From Cyanophora paradoxa CCMP329 (lineage: Eukaryota > Plantae > Glaucophyta), in NCBI GenBank assembly GCA_004431415.1, contig QPMI01000024.1, forward strand, positions 23,772 through 87,771: a stretch of 64,000 nucleotides of DNA, given 5' to 3'. The notes under the pieces are model-generated. The model was not told the DNA's origin. It saw nothing but the letters and a program-made list of their open reading frames with translations, and searched no databases. Positions 35,059 through 44,718 of this stretch are shown here, piece by piece. Numbering within the stretch: the stretch's first letter is position 1; each line of letters begins with the position of its first letter. Both the position numbers and the translations under genes were made by a program.

Positions 35059-38000
35059 ATGGACTCCACGCACTTCGGCGACGCGCCGCGCCGGTGCTCG
35101 GCGACCAACACCTTACTTCAAGAGCTGACGGACGTTGCTGCGGTCACCTCCAACGCCTCAGCGGAACGTGAAGCTCTCAACGCGCTGTCCAACACGGAGC
35201 GGCCGATCCTCATTGACTGTGGAGGCGGCATCTGCATCACCAGTCCGGGCAACCCGCTCACGCCGCAAGGCGTCGCTGCCTGGCGAGACGACGCGCAGCG
35301 CGCAATTGACGGGGATACGAAGCGATACTCCGACGCCGACGACGGCTCAAAGCTCGCACTCGCGGGGGCGACTCTGGCGGCCAAGGCGCTACCGTCGCAG
35401 TACCAGGCCTCCATCCACGACATGATCAATCAGACGCGTCAGCTCACTCGTGACCTCGCCAAGGCCAAGGAGGAGTCCCGCGACGCGGCCGACGCGGTCA
35501 CTGACCATGTCCGGGAGAAGGGCCCGGACGTGGCGGACCGGTCACGGGACACGCGCGAGACACGCCACCGGCTCCTGACTAAACACGACAACTGCAAGCG
35601 AACGGTTCGGCGCATCACCGACAGACTCGAGAGCGACCACTGTATCCGCGGACTCCCGTCGCTCGTACGCTGGGTTGCCATCAACATTACGGAACAGGAG
35701 CGCTTCCGCACACAGACGGTCCTCCTTCAGGCCTACAACGGCTACCCGCTCCCGGAGATGGTCAGCACCGTCGCCAAGATCCTTAGCTTTGTGGGGGCGG
35801 GTCTAGTCTGCAAGCTGGAAGGCCAACCTACACCGATGGAGGTGTACAATGTCATCATGAAGATGATCGCGGCCCGGGACCTGGAAAGCGGACGTTACCC
35901 CCTCGGCGACTACCAGCTCGCCAAGATGGACAACTTCAAACAGGCCCGGAGGGCGTCAAGGGAAGTCAAGGAGCTGGCGATGAAACACCAACCGCCGGCC
36001 GACTTGCTCAACGACGTGCAGGCGTGCAATGCCGCGGTAGCGAACTTCTTGCTCGAAGTCCCGTGGCAACTCCGCACCTTCCCGTGGAAAGACGTCTCTC
36101 GCCGCTCCGCGACTGTCGCCCCGCCCGCCTCGGCCTCTTCCTCTCGCTCCGCCGAGAAATCGACCGCCCGTGCCGCGAGCACGCGCGACCCGTTCGACTC
36201 CTCGGCTTCCGTCTCCGACGAGCAGCTGGCCGCCCGTGCCGCGCGCACGCGCGACCAGCGCTCTCATGACCACGACGACGAAGAGGACGTAGACCACGAG
36301 CACACAAAGCCCCGCTCCTCACAATCGTCCACGCCGTCGCATCAGCACCACCTCGGCTGCTGCGGCGGGCAGTACGACAACATGTTCCGTGCTAGCGCTG
36401 CCTCGGACCGTGTTCTTCAGTTCCAGCTCGGCCACATCTCGAGGGCCCGCCTCCTCCACGAATCGCAGAGCACGGAATTTGAAACTCCGACGGGGGACAT
36501 GACGGTTTACGGTGACGACGACGAGATCGAGTACCCGTTCAATTACGCCGACATCGGTTACGTCTACCAGAACGCGACGGCCCCGCAGACCGCTCCTCTC
36601 TACCAGGCGACGGCTCCGCCACCCGCTGGCTCGAGCGCGAACTCGACCCGGCCCCAGACACGGCCCTCCGACCATAACTTCAATATGCCTCGCCTGCAGA
36701 CGAAGACGGATCTCCTCGCTGGTCTCAACATCCTACGCCCCGACAAACCCGTCCGACCTAACGGTACACGCTGGCTCTGCGACCGTTGCGTGAAGGCTGG
36801 CCTCCCAGAGGATGCCTGTTGGCACTTTGGCGACGACTACCTCCTCTGCACGACCCACTGGTACCGGTCGGAGCTGTGCAACCTGCCCACCTCCGACCCC
36901 GTCGTCGCTCAGCTCCACGCACGCCTCGGCTTGACCCCTTCCACCTCGACGTCGACGGGCGTCCCGACCGCTGCGCTACGGACTCAACAGCCCCGAGCCT
37001 GCTACCTCTGCGGGGTCTTCGGACACCTGGCGGCACACTGCGAGTGGGCCAACAAGTGTCTTCGCTGCGGACAGGAGGGCCACATCATGCGAGACTGCCC
37101 TAACCCCAACGGCGGCGGACCAGGCGGCCGCGGTGGTGGCGGACGCGGCGGCTTCGGAAGAGGCGGTGGCGCTCCAGGAGGTGGTTGCGGCGGCCCCAGC
37201 GGCGGTCGCGGCAGCTTCGGCGGTGGCTACGGTGGCGGACGAGGCGGTGGTGGTGGCGGCGGCCGCGGCGGCGCCCCGACGCAGCCCCAGGGCGTCCCCT
37301 TCCAGGCCGCGACCCGCGCCTCGCGCCCGCCGGTGACGATGGGCATCTCCTACACGACCTGCCCCCCGCCGCCCTCCGTGCCCCTCGATGACGAGCCCAT
37401 GCCCGACGCCTCGACCGCGCCGTCGCACGTCGACGCCGCAGCCTCGGCCTCGCAGTCGGGTCTCTTCCCCTCCTCGACCACCCCTGCGCCGTCGCACGCC
37501 GACGCCGCAACCCCGACCCTCCCGACGGCTGCACCCTCGCGCGTCGAAGCTGCAGCCGCTGTCCCCGCCATCCCCGTCGCTGCCTCCCGCGTGCCGTCGC
37601 ACGACGACGCCACCACGGGCACGACCGTGATTACTGCGACACAGGCCTCCGCTCCCGCCTCCTCTACGAGCACGCCCTCGACCGTCGGGACCTCAGGAAC
37701 TCTGACACCGTCGCGCGCCGACGCTGCCTCGACCCCTACGGTCCCTGCTGCCTTGACCCGCTTCACCCCTCCCGCCGCCAAGCCTACCGCACCGTTGCCC
37801 GTCGACGCTGCGCGGACGACCCCCGGCCTCAAGACGTCCAAGGAGCTCGCACTCGAGGTGAAGGCGCGGCTCAAGGCGGCACAGGTCCGGATCCAGGAGC
37901 AGGCTCACTGGGCGGCGGAGCGCGCCCTGGGCACCCACGGCTCCAACGTTGCGGCGGTCCGCGTCTGCCCCGTCAACGTCACCACCGGCGGCCGCTCCTC

Positions 38001-41000
38001 TCCCCGCCCCCGCTCCGCCCTCAACATCGAGCGCGAGGCGCGCGCGGTGCTTGCTGCAACGCAGGCGATGGTCACGGGCTCGACGTCTGCACCCCAGCAG
38101 CCCGCTGCTTCCAGCAATGCAAGCGGCGCACCGGTTTCTTCGACCGCTCCGACGGCCGGCCCTCTCACGCCGGAGCCTGCGCCGTCCAACGTCGACCGCG
38201 ACCACATTACGCCGGCGCTCCAAGTGTACGGAGCACCCGTTCCCGGCGCGGAGGACGTTGCGCGCCCGTACCTCGAGCTCCTCGCCTACGCTGCACACGC
38301 CAAGCGGCAGGACAACATCAACTACCGTGCCGACGTCGTCAGCTCTGCTCACTACCCGACGGGCTTCCCGGGAGGCGACTTCCGCACGGTTACGTTCGAG
38401 GCCCTCCTCATCGTTCCTGTGCAGGGCAAGACGTTGGCGATCGCTGCTCCCAGGGGACCCGCCCTCTGCTCGCGGGAAGCCGGCAAGCGGCCGCGCGGTT
38501 ACACTTACGACTCGCGAGTCGCCGGCGAGACTTCGTCGTACTTCATCAAGCCGCACCACAACTTCCGCCCCTGCTTCATGCAGGCGCAGGACGACGTGAC
38601 GGACTTGTATGCGGTTGACCTCCGCACGGACAGCTCCTCCGTCAAGAGCTCGGCCCCGTATTTGAAGGAGTTCTGCCCTCACTGCGAGCAGTTCCCGGCC
38701 AAGCGGAGGGGCTCGGGGCCGTTGGAACCGGTGGAGTTGCACGTTGTGCGAGCGCGGCTTCACGAATCGCCGGCGTACCTCCAGACGGCTCACCGCTTCA
38801 TGCTGGATGAGCTCTCCCGCCTTCCTCTCACTGCGCCTCCTAACACTCCGGAGCACCGCCCCTACTTCCTCTTCGTCGCGGGCCCCATCACTGTGACTGC
38901 TCGCGCGCCGGGCGACCTCGGCAAATTGCCGCGCCCGCTGCCGCCGGCAAGCAACAGGAACCCGACTGTACCGCTTCGCACGCAAGGCGCTTCCAGTCAC
39001 CCGTACTACACGGTCCTGATGGCGGCCGGCCCGGACCTCCCCGACGGCAAGGCAACCCGCAGGGCTTACCAGAAGGCCTTCGCGGCCGTCGTGGATGGTA
39101 CGGCAACGAAGGAGCAGCAGGACGTGGTACTCCGCGAGGGCGTTCGGCAGCGTCCGCACACCAACTGGCACCTGGCCCACGCCTCGAGCTCCAAGGCCTC
39201 GGGGACTCCGTCGTCTTCGTCGACGCCCTCCCGCCCGACCGCGACCACGGCCGCGCAGCCGTCGTCACACGCGCAGCCTACACCGCCCGTGCAGCTGTCT
39301 TCGTCCACGGCCACGCAGCCGTCGACGTCGTCAGCCCCACACGCGACTCGGACCTCGACCGACGCCCCGTCCGACGAGATGGCGTTCCCGGCGTGCACGC
39401 AGAGCGCGTTTGCCCAGACGTACGCAGACCTGTACACCCTGCAGCTCCGCCGCAGGGGCGACATCCGCTTCGACAGCTGGTCCTCGGTGGTGCACGACAT
39501 CCTTTCGTACCTGAAGACTGAGAAGCCGCCCCGCCCGAAGCTTGCTCTGGGGGTCGCAATGCACCTTACGGGCACGCCCTCCTTCGCTCACCTGCCGGCG
39601 CTGGATCCCGCTGCTCTCTCGCGCGAGTTCGGCCTCAGCCCCATCCCCATCTACATCCCCCCCGCCTTCCCCGCTGCCGCGGCTCCGACGCGATCGGACC
39701 CGCCGAATGCTGCGGTGCCAACGACGGCGACGACGAACCAGCGTCCCGCGGGGCCGCCGCACCTCACGGAGCCCTGGCCGCCCCTAGAGGTGCTTGGTAC
39801 GGCGTTGACCCCGACTTCTGCGAACCCGCCGATCGCAGCAACGCTGGCCACGATGCCCTCGACGCCGGCACCCCCGCCCGCGCTCTCCGACTCGACGATG
39901 GCGACGTTCCGCAACACCATCCGCGCTTGCCTCGCTCAGTCAAACGCACGGGAGCTGGAGCAGCTCTTCCAGTTGGCGGCGGCGACGCTTCGCGCCCGCT
40001 TTCGTGCGGCGGGGTCCGTCCTCTACAACGCGCACGGCGGCGACGAGATCTTCAACAAGATGACGCCGCTGGACTTGTGCTTCTCTCCGGGAACGCGGGC
40101 TTTCTACCTTCGCTTCGCTCCGCACGAGCTTCGCAGCCCCGTCCCTTGCCCGGCCCCCTACACGCCAAACGCACGCGGGGGACTGCCGATCAAGCACACT
40201 CACTCGTACCATGTCGTCGTCATTTACCCGTGCCTGCTTCATGACGCCCAGGGCGCCATCGTGGGCACCTGCTGGGAGCTGATTTCTGGCTGCGGCATCT
40301 GCGGCGCTTTCCCGGGCACCTTCTCCTCCCTGATGACCAGCGGCAGAGGAGTCGACACTGACACGGGCGCGACGTACACGGCTCGCCTCCCGCTCCAGAC
40401 GACGGTGTCACGGACAGAACCGCCCTTCTGCCGCCAGGTTCCTCCGGCCATGTGCGACCTGCTTCATCGCATCTACTGCAACCTCGCCGTCTACGCCCCC
40501 CAGCTCGCCGGTCTACGCGAGGCGGTCTTCCCTTCTCTTGCCGACGAGTACATCAACATCCCCCTCGCCGACACGTCCACGTTCGTGGTCACGGACCCGC
40601 CGCGCCCGACGAGCTGGACCAAGTCCGTCAGGCCGGGCGACGAGTACGGGCTCCTTCGCTCTGCCAGGCTGGATGCTGGGTCGCCCGCGGCCTACTCTCA
40701 CATTCAGCCGGCGTACGGAACGGACATCTCGGCTGTACCGTGGACTCAGGTGGGGCAGTGCGACGTCACGGGACCGTTCACTCGAACGGATCCGGTACAG
40801 CCTCCGAACCTCGACAATCTCCAGTGGATCTGGACCCCTCAGTCCCTCCCCGCACTGGGCACGGGCTACATGGAAGACTACCCTCCCCACGTCCTCCTTC
40901 GCGTGCTTCTGCTGATGGCGCCGGCGCACCGCGAACGAGTGTGCACGGCCTTCAAACTGTCGGAGCTGGAGGTGGAGCGGGCGATCATTCAGTTCGCCAA

Positions 41001-44000
41001 CGATGACCCTCTCCCGTTCTTCGACGACATCGTGCCGCATGCGAACGAGCGCATCATGACGCTCATGCAGCTCACCGCCCTCCGCACGGCGGACGAGGAG
41101 ACGGACCAGCGGCGGAGGAACGAGGAGTACCGCCGGCGCGCCCAGGACCGCGACGAGGAGTCGCCAAGTGACCACGACGAGCCAGCTGGAACGCCGACGG
41201 GCTCGGCTGCTGTCTCGTTAACCCGCCCTGCAAGCGACGGCTTGGACGATGCCATCCCGGCTGCAGGCGGCTCGTGGCGCCCACCGTCCGCACGCCCGCG
41301 CGGGACGATGCCTTCGGACCAGCTGCCCACCGCACCCTCGGCCGCGCCGCCGACGGTACAGGTTGCAGTCGCAACTCCGAAGCCCGCGACGTATCCCCCC
41401 ACGCCCTCGGCCGCGCAGCCGATGGCGCCGGCTATGACTCCAGCCCCGTCGGCGACAACGTCCGCTGTCGCACCCTCGGCCGCGATGCCGACGGCGCCGA
41501 CAGTCACGACGCCGACCGCGGGACCCTCGACCACGACGCCGACGGCCCCGGAGGAGGCTGAGGACACGGACACGTCGTTCAGCGAGGAGCTCTGCGCGCG
41601 GCTTCACATTGCACCCGACGAGCACGGCAGACTTCACCCGCCTCCCGACGTTCGCGAGATCCCCGCCCACACATTCTCCCTTGCCCCAGGCTGCGCGATC
41701 TACTGGCCAGGCGAGCAATCGTACATGCTCATGACGACGGCGCTGGATAACGCAGACCTGTACTCGGACGAGCGCCCCGTCGCGTGGTGCCCCGCCTCTT
41801 ATGACGCGGTGGGCATCGCAAACACGGGCGTGTTTCAGAACAACCTTGCACGTCGGATCGGCAGGCGCCCGCTGAACGACGATGACATGGCCCGTTTCAA
41901 GGACGAGAAGCGCCCGATCCCGCTCACGTACAAGGTCACTCGCGAGGCGCAGGCTGCACAGTTGCTGCATCACATTCCCCGCTTCCGCTCAGCAGTCTAC
42001 CTTGTCGCCTGTCTGGCCTACGACAGCACCCCGGCGGAGCTCGTGACCCTACGTGACCTGACTTCGTCGGTCCCCTTCCTCGAGTTCCTCGGCCTCAGCG
42101 CAACCGACGCGAGCATCGCAAGCTACACGACGGACTCGGTGGCTACCGCGATCCTCTCCTCAGTGATCGACACGGCCCGGGCCTACAAGACGGCGCTGGA
42201 CACTCGCAAAGGCGAGGGGACCACGACCTCACCGCTGCACCACCACTCCACGCTGCGCGCAGTCACGGCGCAAGGCGACACGCATGCTGTACGCGTTCGA
42301 CTGTTCCACCAGTCTCTTCGAGAATTGCACAGGCTCCCTCCCGCGCTGGAGGCAGAAGAAGGGCAAGTTCTCATCGATTACGTCGACTCGAAGCTACGGC
42401 ACACGGCAGCGCTGATACCTCGCGTCTCCGTCTATCTCCGGGCCAGGGCACTCGCTCAGGGCACGCTGCTGGCAAGCGTCGTCAGTGCCACAGATGACGC
42501 CTCTCTCCGCACGACCTTCTGCGAACCGCAACCGCTTCTGGTCGAGAACGATGCAATCCCGCGGGCCTACATCTTCAGCGTGATCATTGAACAGTCTGAG
42601 TACATGCTTCGGGCACTGAACCTCACGACGGATACGGCGCGGCTCACTCCGGACCTGATGTCCTGGACAACACATTTTGGCCGTCTAGTTCTTGACAGCC
42701 ACCGAGGCGGCCGCCCCACGTCCTGCTTCCTTCGCGACCTCGCGCGGGAATTTGAGCTCACGTACTCGTCTATCGCCATCTCTATCCCGAACCCCGGTCA
42801 TCGCTCTTCTGTCCCGACGAATGCAGACGCGGCACTAAAGGCGTGCGAGGCGGGCTTGGAGCAGCATCGCAAGGGGTCCTCGCCGACGGGCACTGCCTTC
42901 GTCACGGAACTTAGCCCGACCGTCGCTATGGCGCGCATGAATAGCATCCGTGACCAGACCGCGTACACGCACGCCATCATCAACTACGTACGCGACGCGT
43001 TCACCAGTGAGGGGTTCGGCCAGGCCCAACCGCCTACGATGAAGCTCAAGCGCCTCCCGGCTACCGACCCGATTCCACTCAGCTACGAACCTCACAGTGA
43101 AATCCTCATCACGCGCAACGAGGCCGCACTTCTGGCAGCTTCGCAGCCTCGGGCTCGCGTGCTCGCTGTTGCGCTCCGCGTTGCGCTGGCGACGCGGTAC
43201 CAGGAGGCGTCGACGCCGGAGGGCCACCTCGTCGCCGAACGGATGGCTACGGCGATGGCGAACCGCATCCTCGCAATCCCTGGCCTCGAGCACCCGCTCA
43301 CGCTTCTCTCCGTTCTTCGCGCGTACCTTCGAGACGCCCATGTGCACCTCGGCGTCTACCTCTGTTGGGACCGCGATTCCCCGGACACTCCGATCCGCCA
43401 CCTCCTGCCGCGACTCCCGAACGAGTACATGCCCATCTCGACGGCGATCGCAGAGCTCCTTCCGGGTACCGATTACCGTGGGAGAGTCGGACCGCACAAA
43501 CTCCCGCAATACTTGCGCACGGGACTCAGCTGGGAGGACATCGTGGCGCGCTCTCTGGGCACGGATCCGTACTTCACGGCGGAGGAGGAGCTTCGCGTGA
43601 CGCAGCGGCCTCTCTTGGTGGGCACCGGCAAACGATTGCGCGAATCCGGCAAGAAGGACGAACAGCTGTCGCAAACTCAGCGGCGGCGCCTCACGGAGAA
43701 CAAGCGGAATGAGATCACGAGCCGGGCCCTCCAGCATCTCTTGCAGTTCAATACGGGTATCGCCTTCCACCCTCCCAAGGCTGTCGACGCCAAGTTCGCG
43801 GAACGGTTGGCGTACTTCTGGGACGTGCAGGACGACGAGATCGAGGACGGACACGGCGAGAACGACCTCGCACGAGCACTTCGACGACGCCTCACGGCTA
43901 TTTGGCCGGACACTCTCGGGCTCACCACGACACCGTTATCTCGTCCCGACCCTGAATTCTACCCGAATCCCGTAGCAGACGGATACTACGAGATCGCGGG

Positions 44001-44319
44001 AAGGGGGGGCAAGCGCTTCCGCGATCACGCCCTTGTCCCCAAGGAACGCGATTTTCTCCCGGATTACGGGTCTCTCGAACCCCCACTTCCCCCTGAGCTT
44101 TACGGTACGGAGGCGGGCGACGCGATCCTGGAGGACACGACGCGTGACGACCTTGTCTCGTACTCCCAGCCACCGATGCCGTTCCTTCAGCAGCGACGGA
44201 TGCTGGCCAGCTTATACTCGCTTTCCGAGGAGTATCAACTTCGGGGGCCGTGGTTGACGGGAGCTATCACTGGGAGCCAGAAATTAAGTTTACCATATGG
44301 TAAACTTAGGGTGTGGTAA
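35059..44319 (+). CDS. 3086 aa intronless Gag-like protein with two CCHC knuckles and an RGG tract; C-terminus probably truncated by a CACTA insertion
   Basis: CYLCGVFGHLAAHC (37000-37041), CLRCGQEGHIMRDC (37057-37098), then a Gly/Arg-rich tract; no RT, RNase H, integrase or tyrosine recombinase motifs recognised. Confidence 0.85.
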   Translation: MDSTHFGDAPRRCSATNTLLQELTDVAAVTSNASAEREALNALSNTERPILIDCGGGICITSPGNPLTPQGVAAWRDDAQRAIDGDTKRYSDADDGSKLALAGATLAAKALPSQYQASIHDMINQTRQLTRDLAKAKEESRDAADAVTDHVREKGPDVADRSRDTRETRHRLLTKHDNCKRTVRRITDRLESDHCIRGLPSLVRWVAINITEQERFRTQTVLLQAYNGYPLPEMVSTVAKILSFVGAGLVCKLEGQPTPMEVYNVIMKMIAARDLESGRYPLGDYQLAKMDNFKQARRASREVKELAMKHQPPADLLNDVQACNAAVANFLLEVPWQLRTFPWKDVSRRSATVAPPASASSSRSAEKSTARAASTRDPFDSSASVSDEQLAARAARTRDQRSHDHDDEEDVDHEHTKPRSSQSSTPSHQHHLGCCGGQYDNMFRASAASDRVLQFQLGHISRARLLHESQSTEFETPTGDMTVYGDDDEIEYPFNYADIGYVYQNATAPQTAPLYQATAPPPAGSSANSTRPQTRPSDHNFNMPRLQTKTDLLAGLNILRPDKPVRPNGTRWLCDRCVKAGLPEDACWHFGDDYLLCTTHWYRSELCNLPTSDPVVAQLHARLGLTPSTSTSTGVPTAALRTQQPRACYLCGVFGHLAAHCEWANKCLRCGQEGHIMRDCPNPNGGGPGGRGGGGRGGFGRGGGAPGGGCGGPSGGRGSFGGGYGGGRGGGGGGGRGGAPTQPQGVPFQAATRASRPPVTMGISYTTCPPPPSVPLDDEPMPDASTAPSHVDAAASASQSGLFPSSTTPAPSHADAATPTLPTAAPSRVEAAAAVPAIPVAASRVPSHDDATTGTTVITATQASAPASSTSTPSTVGTSGTLTPSRADAASTPTVPAALTRFTPPAAKPTAPLPVDAARTTPGLKTSKELALEVKARLKAAQVRIQEQAHWAAERALGTHGSNVAAVRVCPVNVTTGGRSSPRPRSALNIEREARAVLAATQAMVTGSTSAPQQPAASSNASGAPVSSTAPTAGPLTPEPAPSNVDRDHITPALQVYGAPVPGAEDVARPYLELLAYAAHAKRQDNINYRADVVSSAHYPTGFPGGDFRTVTFEALLIVPVQGKTLAIAAPRGPALCSREAGKRPRGYTYDSRVAGETSSYFIKPHHNFRPCFMQAQDDVTDLYAVDLRTDSSSVKSSAPYLKEFCPHCEQFPAKRRGSGPLEPVELHVVRARLHESPAYLQTAHRFMLDELSRLPLTAPPNTPEHRPYFLFVAGPITVTARAPGDLGKLPRPLPPASNRNPTVPLRTQGASSHPYYTVLMAAGPDLPDGKATRRAYQKAFAAVVDGTATKEQQDVVLREGVRQRPHTNWHLAHASSSKASGTPSSSSTPSRPTATTAAQPSSHAQPTPPVQLSSSTATQPSTSSAPHATRTSTDAPSDEMAFPACTQSAFAQTYADLYTLQLRRRGDIRFDSWSSVVHDILSYLKTEKPPRPKLALGVAMHLTGTPSFAHLPALDPAALSREFGLSPIPIYIPPAFPAAAAPTRSDPPNAAVPTTATTNQRPAGPPHLTEPWPPLEVLGTALTPTSANPPIAATLATMPSTPAPPPALSDSTMATFRNTIRACLAQSNARELEQLFQLAAATLRARFRAAGSVLYNAHGGDEIFNKMTPLDLCFSPGTRAFYLRFAPHELRSPVPCPAPYTPNARGGLPIKHTHSYHVVVIYPCLLHDAQGAIVGTCWELISGCGICGAFPGTFSSLMTSGRGVDTDTGATYTARLPLQTTVSRTEPPFCRQVPPAMCDLLHRIYCNLAVYAPQLAGLREAVFPSLADEYINIPLADTSTFVVTDPPRPTSWTKSVRPGDEYGLLRSARLDAGSPAAYSHIQPAYGTDISAVPWTQVGQCDVTGPFTRTDPVQPPNLDNLQWIWTPQSLPALGTGYMEDYPPHVLLRVLLLMAPAHRERVCTAFKLSELEVERAIIQFANDDPLPFFDDIVPHANERIMTLMQLTALRTADEETDQRRRNEEYRRRAQDRDEESPSDHDEPAGTPTGSAAVSLTRPASDGLDDAIPAAGGSWRPPSARPRGTMPSDQLPTAPSAAPPTVQVAVATPKPATYPPTPSAAQPMAPAMTPAPSATTSAVAPSAAMPTAPTVTTPTAGPSTTTPTAPEEAEDTDTSFSEELCARLHIAPDEHGRLHPPPDVREIPAHTFSLAPGCAIYWPGEQSYMLMTTALDNADLYSDERPVAWCPASYDAVGIANTGVFQNNLARRIGRRPLNDDDMARFKDEKRPIPLTYKVTREAQAAQLLHHIPRFRSAVYLVACLAYDSTPAELVTLRDLTSSVPFLEFLGLSATDASIASYTTDSVATAILSSVIDTARAYKTALDTRKGEGTTTSPLHHHSTLRAVTAQGDTHAVRVRLFHQSLRELHRLPPALEAEEGQVLIDYVDSKLRHTAALIPRVSVYLRARALAQGTLLASVVSATDDASLRTTFCEPQPLLVENDAIPRAYIFSVIIEQSEYMLRALNLTTDTARLTPDLMSWTTHFGRLVLDSHRGGRPTSCFLRDLAREFELTYSSIAISIPNPGHRSSVPTNADAALKACEAGLEQHRKGSSPTGTAFVTELSPTVAMARMNSIRDQTAYTHAIINYVRDAFTSEGFGQAQPPTMKLKRLPATDPIPLSYEPHSEILITRNEAALLAASQPRARVLAVALRVALATRYQEASTPEGHLVAERMATAMANRILAIPGLEHPLTLLSVLRAYLRDAHVHLGVYLCWDRDSPDTPIRHLLPRLPNEYMPISTAIAELLPGTDYRGRVGPHKLPQYLRTGLSWEDIVARSLGTDPYFTAEEELRVTQRPLLVGTGKRLRESGKKDEQLSQTQRRRLTENKRNEITSRALQHLLQFNTGIAFHPPKAVDAKFAERLAYFWDVQDDEIEDGHGENDLARALRRRLTAIWPDTLGLTTTPLSRPDPEFYPNPVADGYYEIAGRGGKRFRDHALVPKERDFLPDYGSLEPPLPPELYGTEAGDAILEDTTRDDLVSYSQPPMPFLQQRRMLASLYSLSEEYQLRGPWLTGAITGSQKLSLPYGKLRVW

Positions 44320-44488
44320 AGTTGTGCTGTTTGCGTTACACCACTGTAAAGTCACCAGGGTAAAGTCGCCGGGGTAAAGTCAGGGTGGTAAAGTTGTGAA
44401 AAGCGGGGTAAAGACGTCGGTGTAAACTCGCCGAGGTAAAGTTGGCGAGGTAAAGACGTCGGGGTAAACTCGCCGAGGTAATGTTGGT
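44288..44488 (+). repeat. Subterminal repeats (GGTAAAGT/GGTAAACT, ~12 copies)
   Basis: Clustered motif right after CACTG; the first pair is palindromic (AAGTTTACCATATGGTAAACTT). Confidence 0.85.
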
Positions 44489-44718
44489 TTCGGTGCAGCG
44501 GTTCACTTTTTTACGTTTTTTTTGCTTTTTTTTATTTTTTCTGTAAAAGCTATCTATAGCAGCCCATCTTCAAGCGATACTGCGCGCGAGCTCTATCCTA
44601 GAGCTAGCTAATCGGTTTGATGAATGCTTCGTATTCCTGAAATCTGCAGCTGGGACGGAATTCTTCTTATTTGCGTGCGCATGCGGACTGGCGGGATGCG
44701 CACCAGCCTGGCAGGTCA

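Noticed and set aside
40350-40380. DTGA as a retropepsin active site in the giant ORF
   Set aside because: Preceded by D-T rather than hydrophobic residues, and no downstream ILG motif recognised.
35118-44257. Many antisense and alternate-frame ORFs over the giant ORF
   Set aside because: Shadow ORFs of a GC-rich coding strand.
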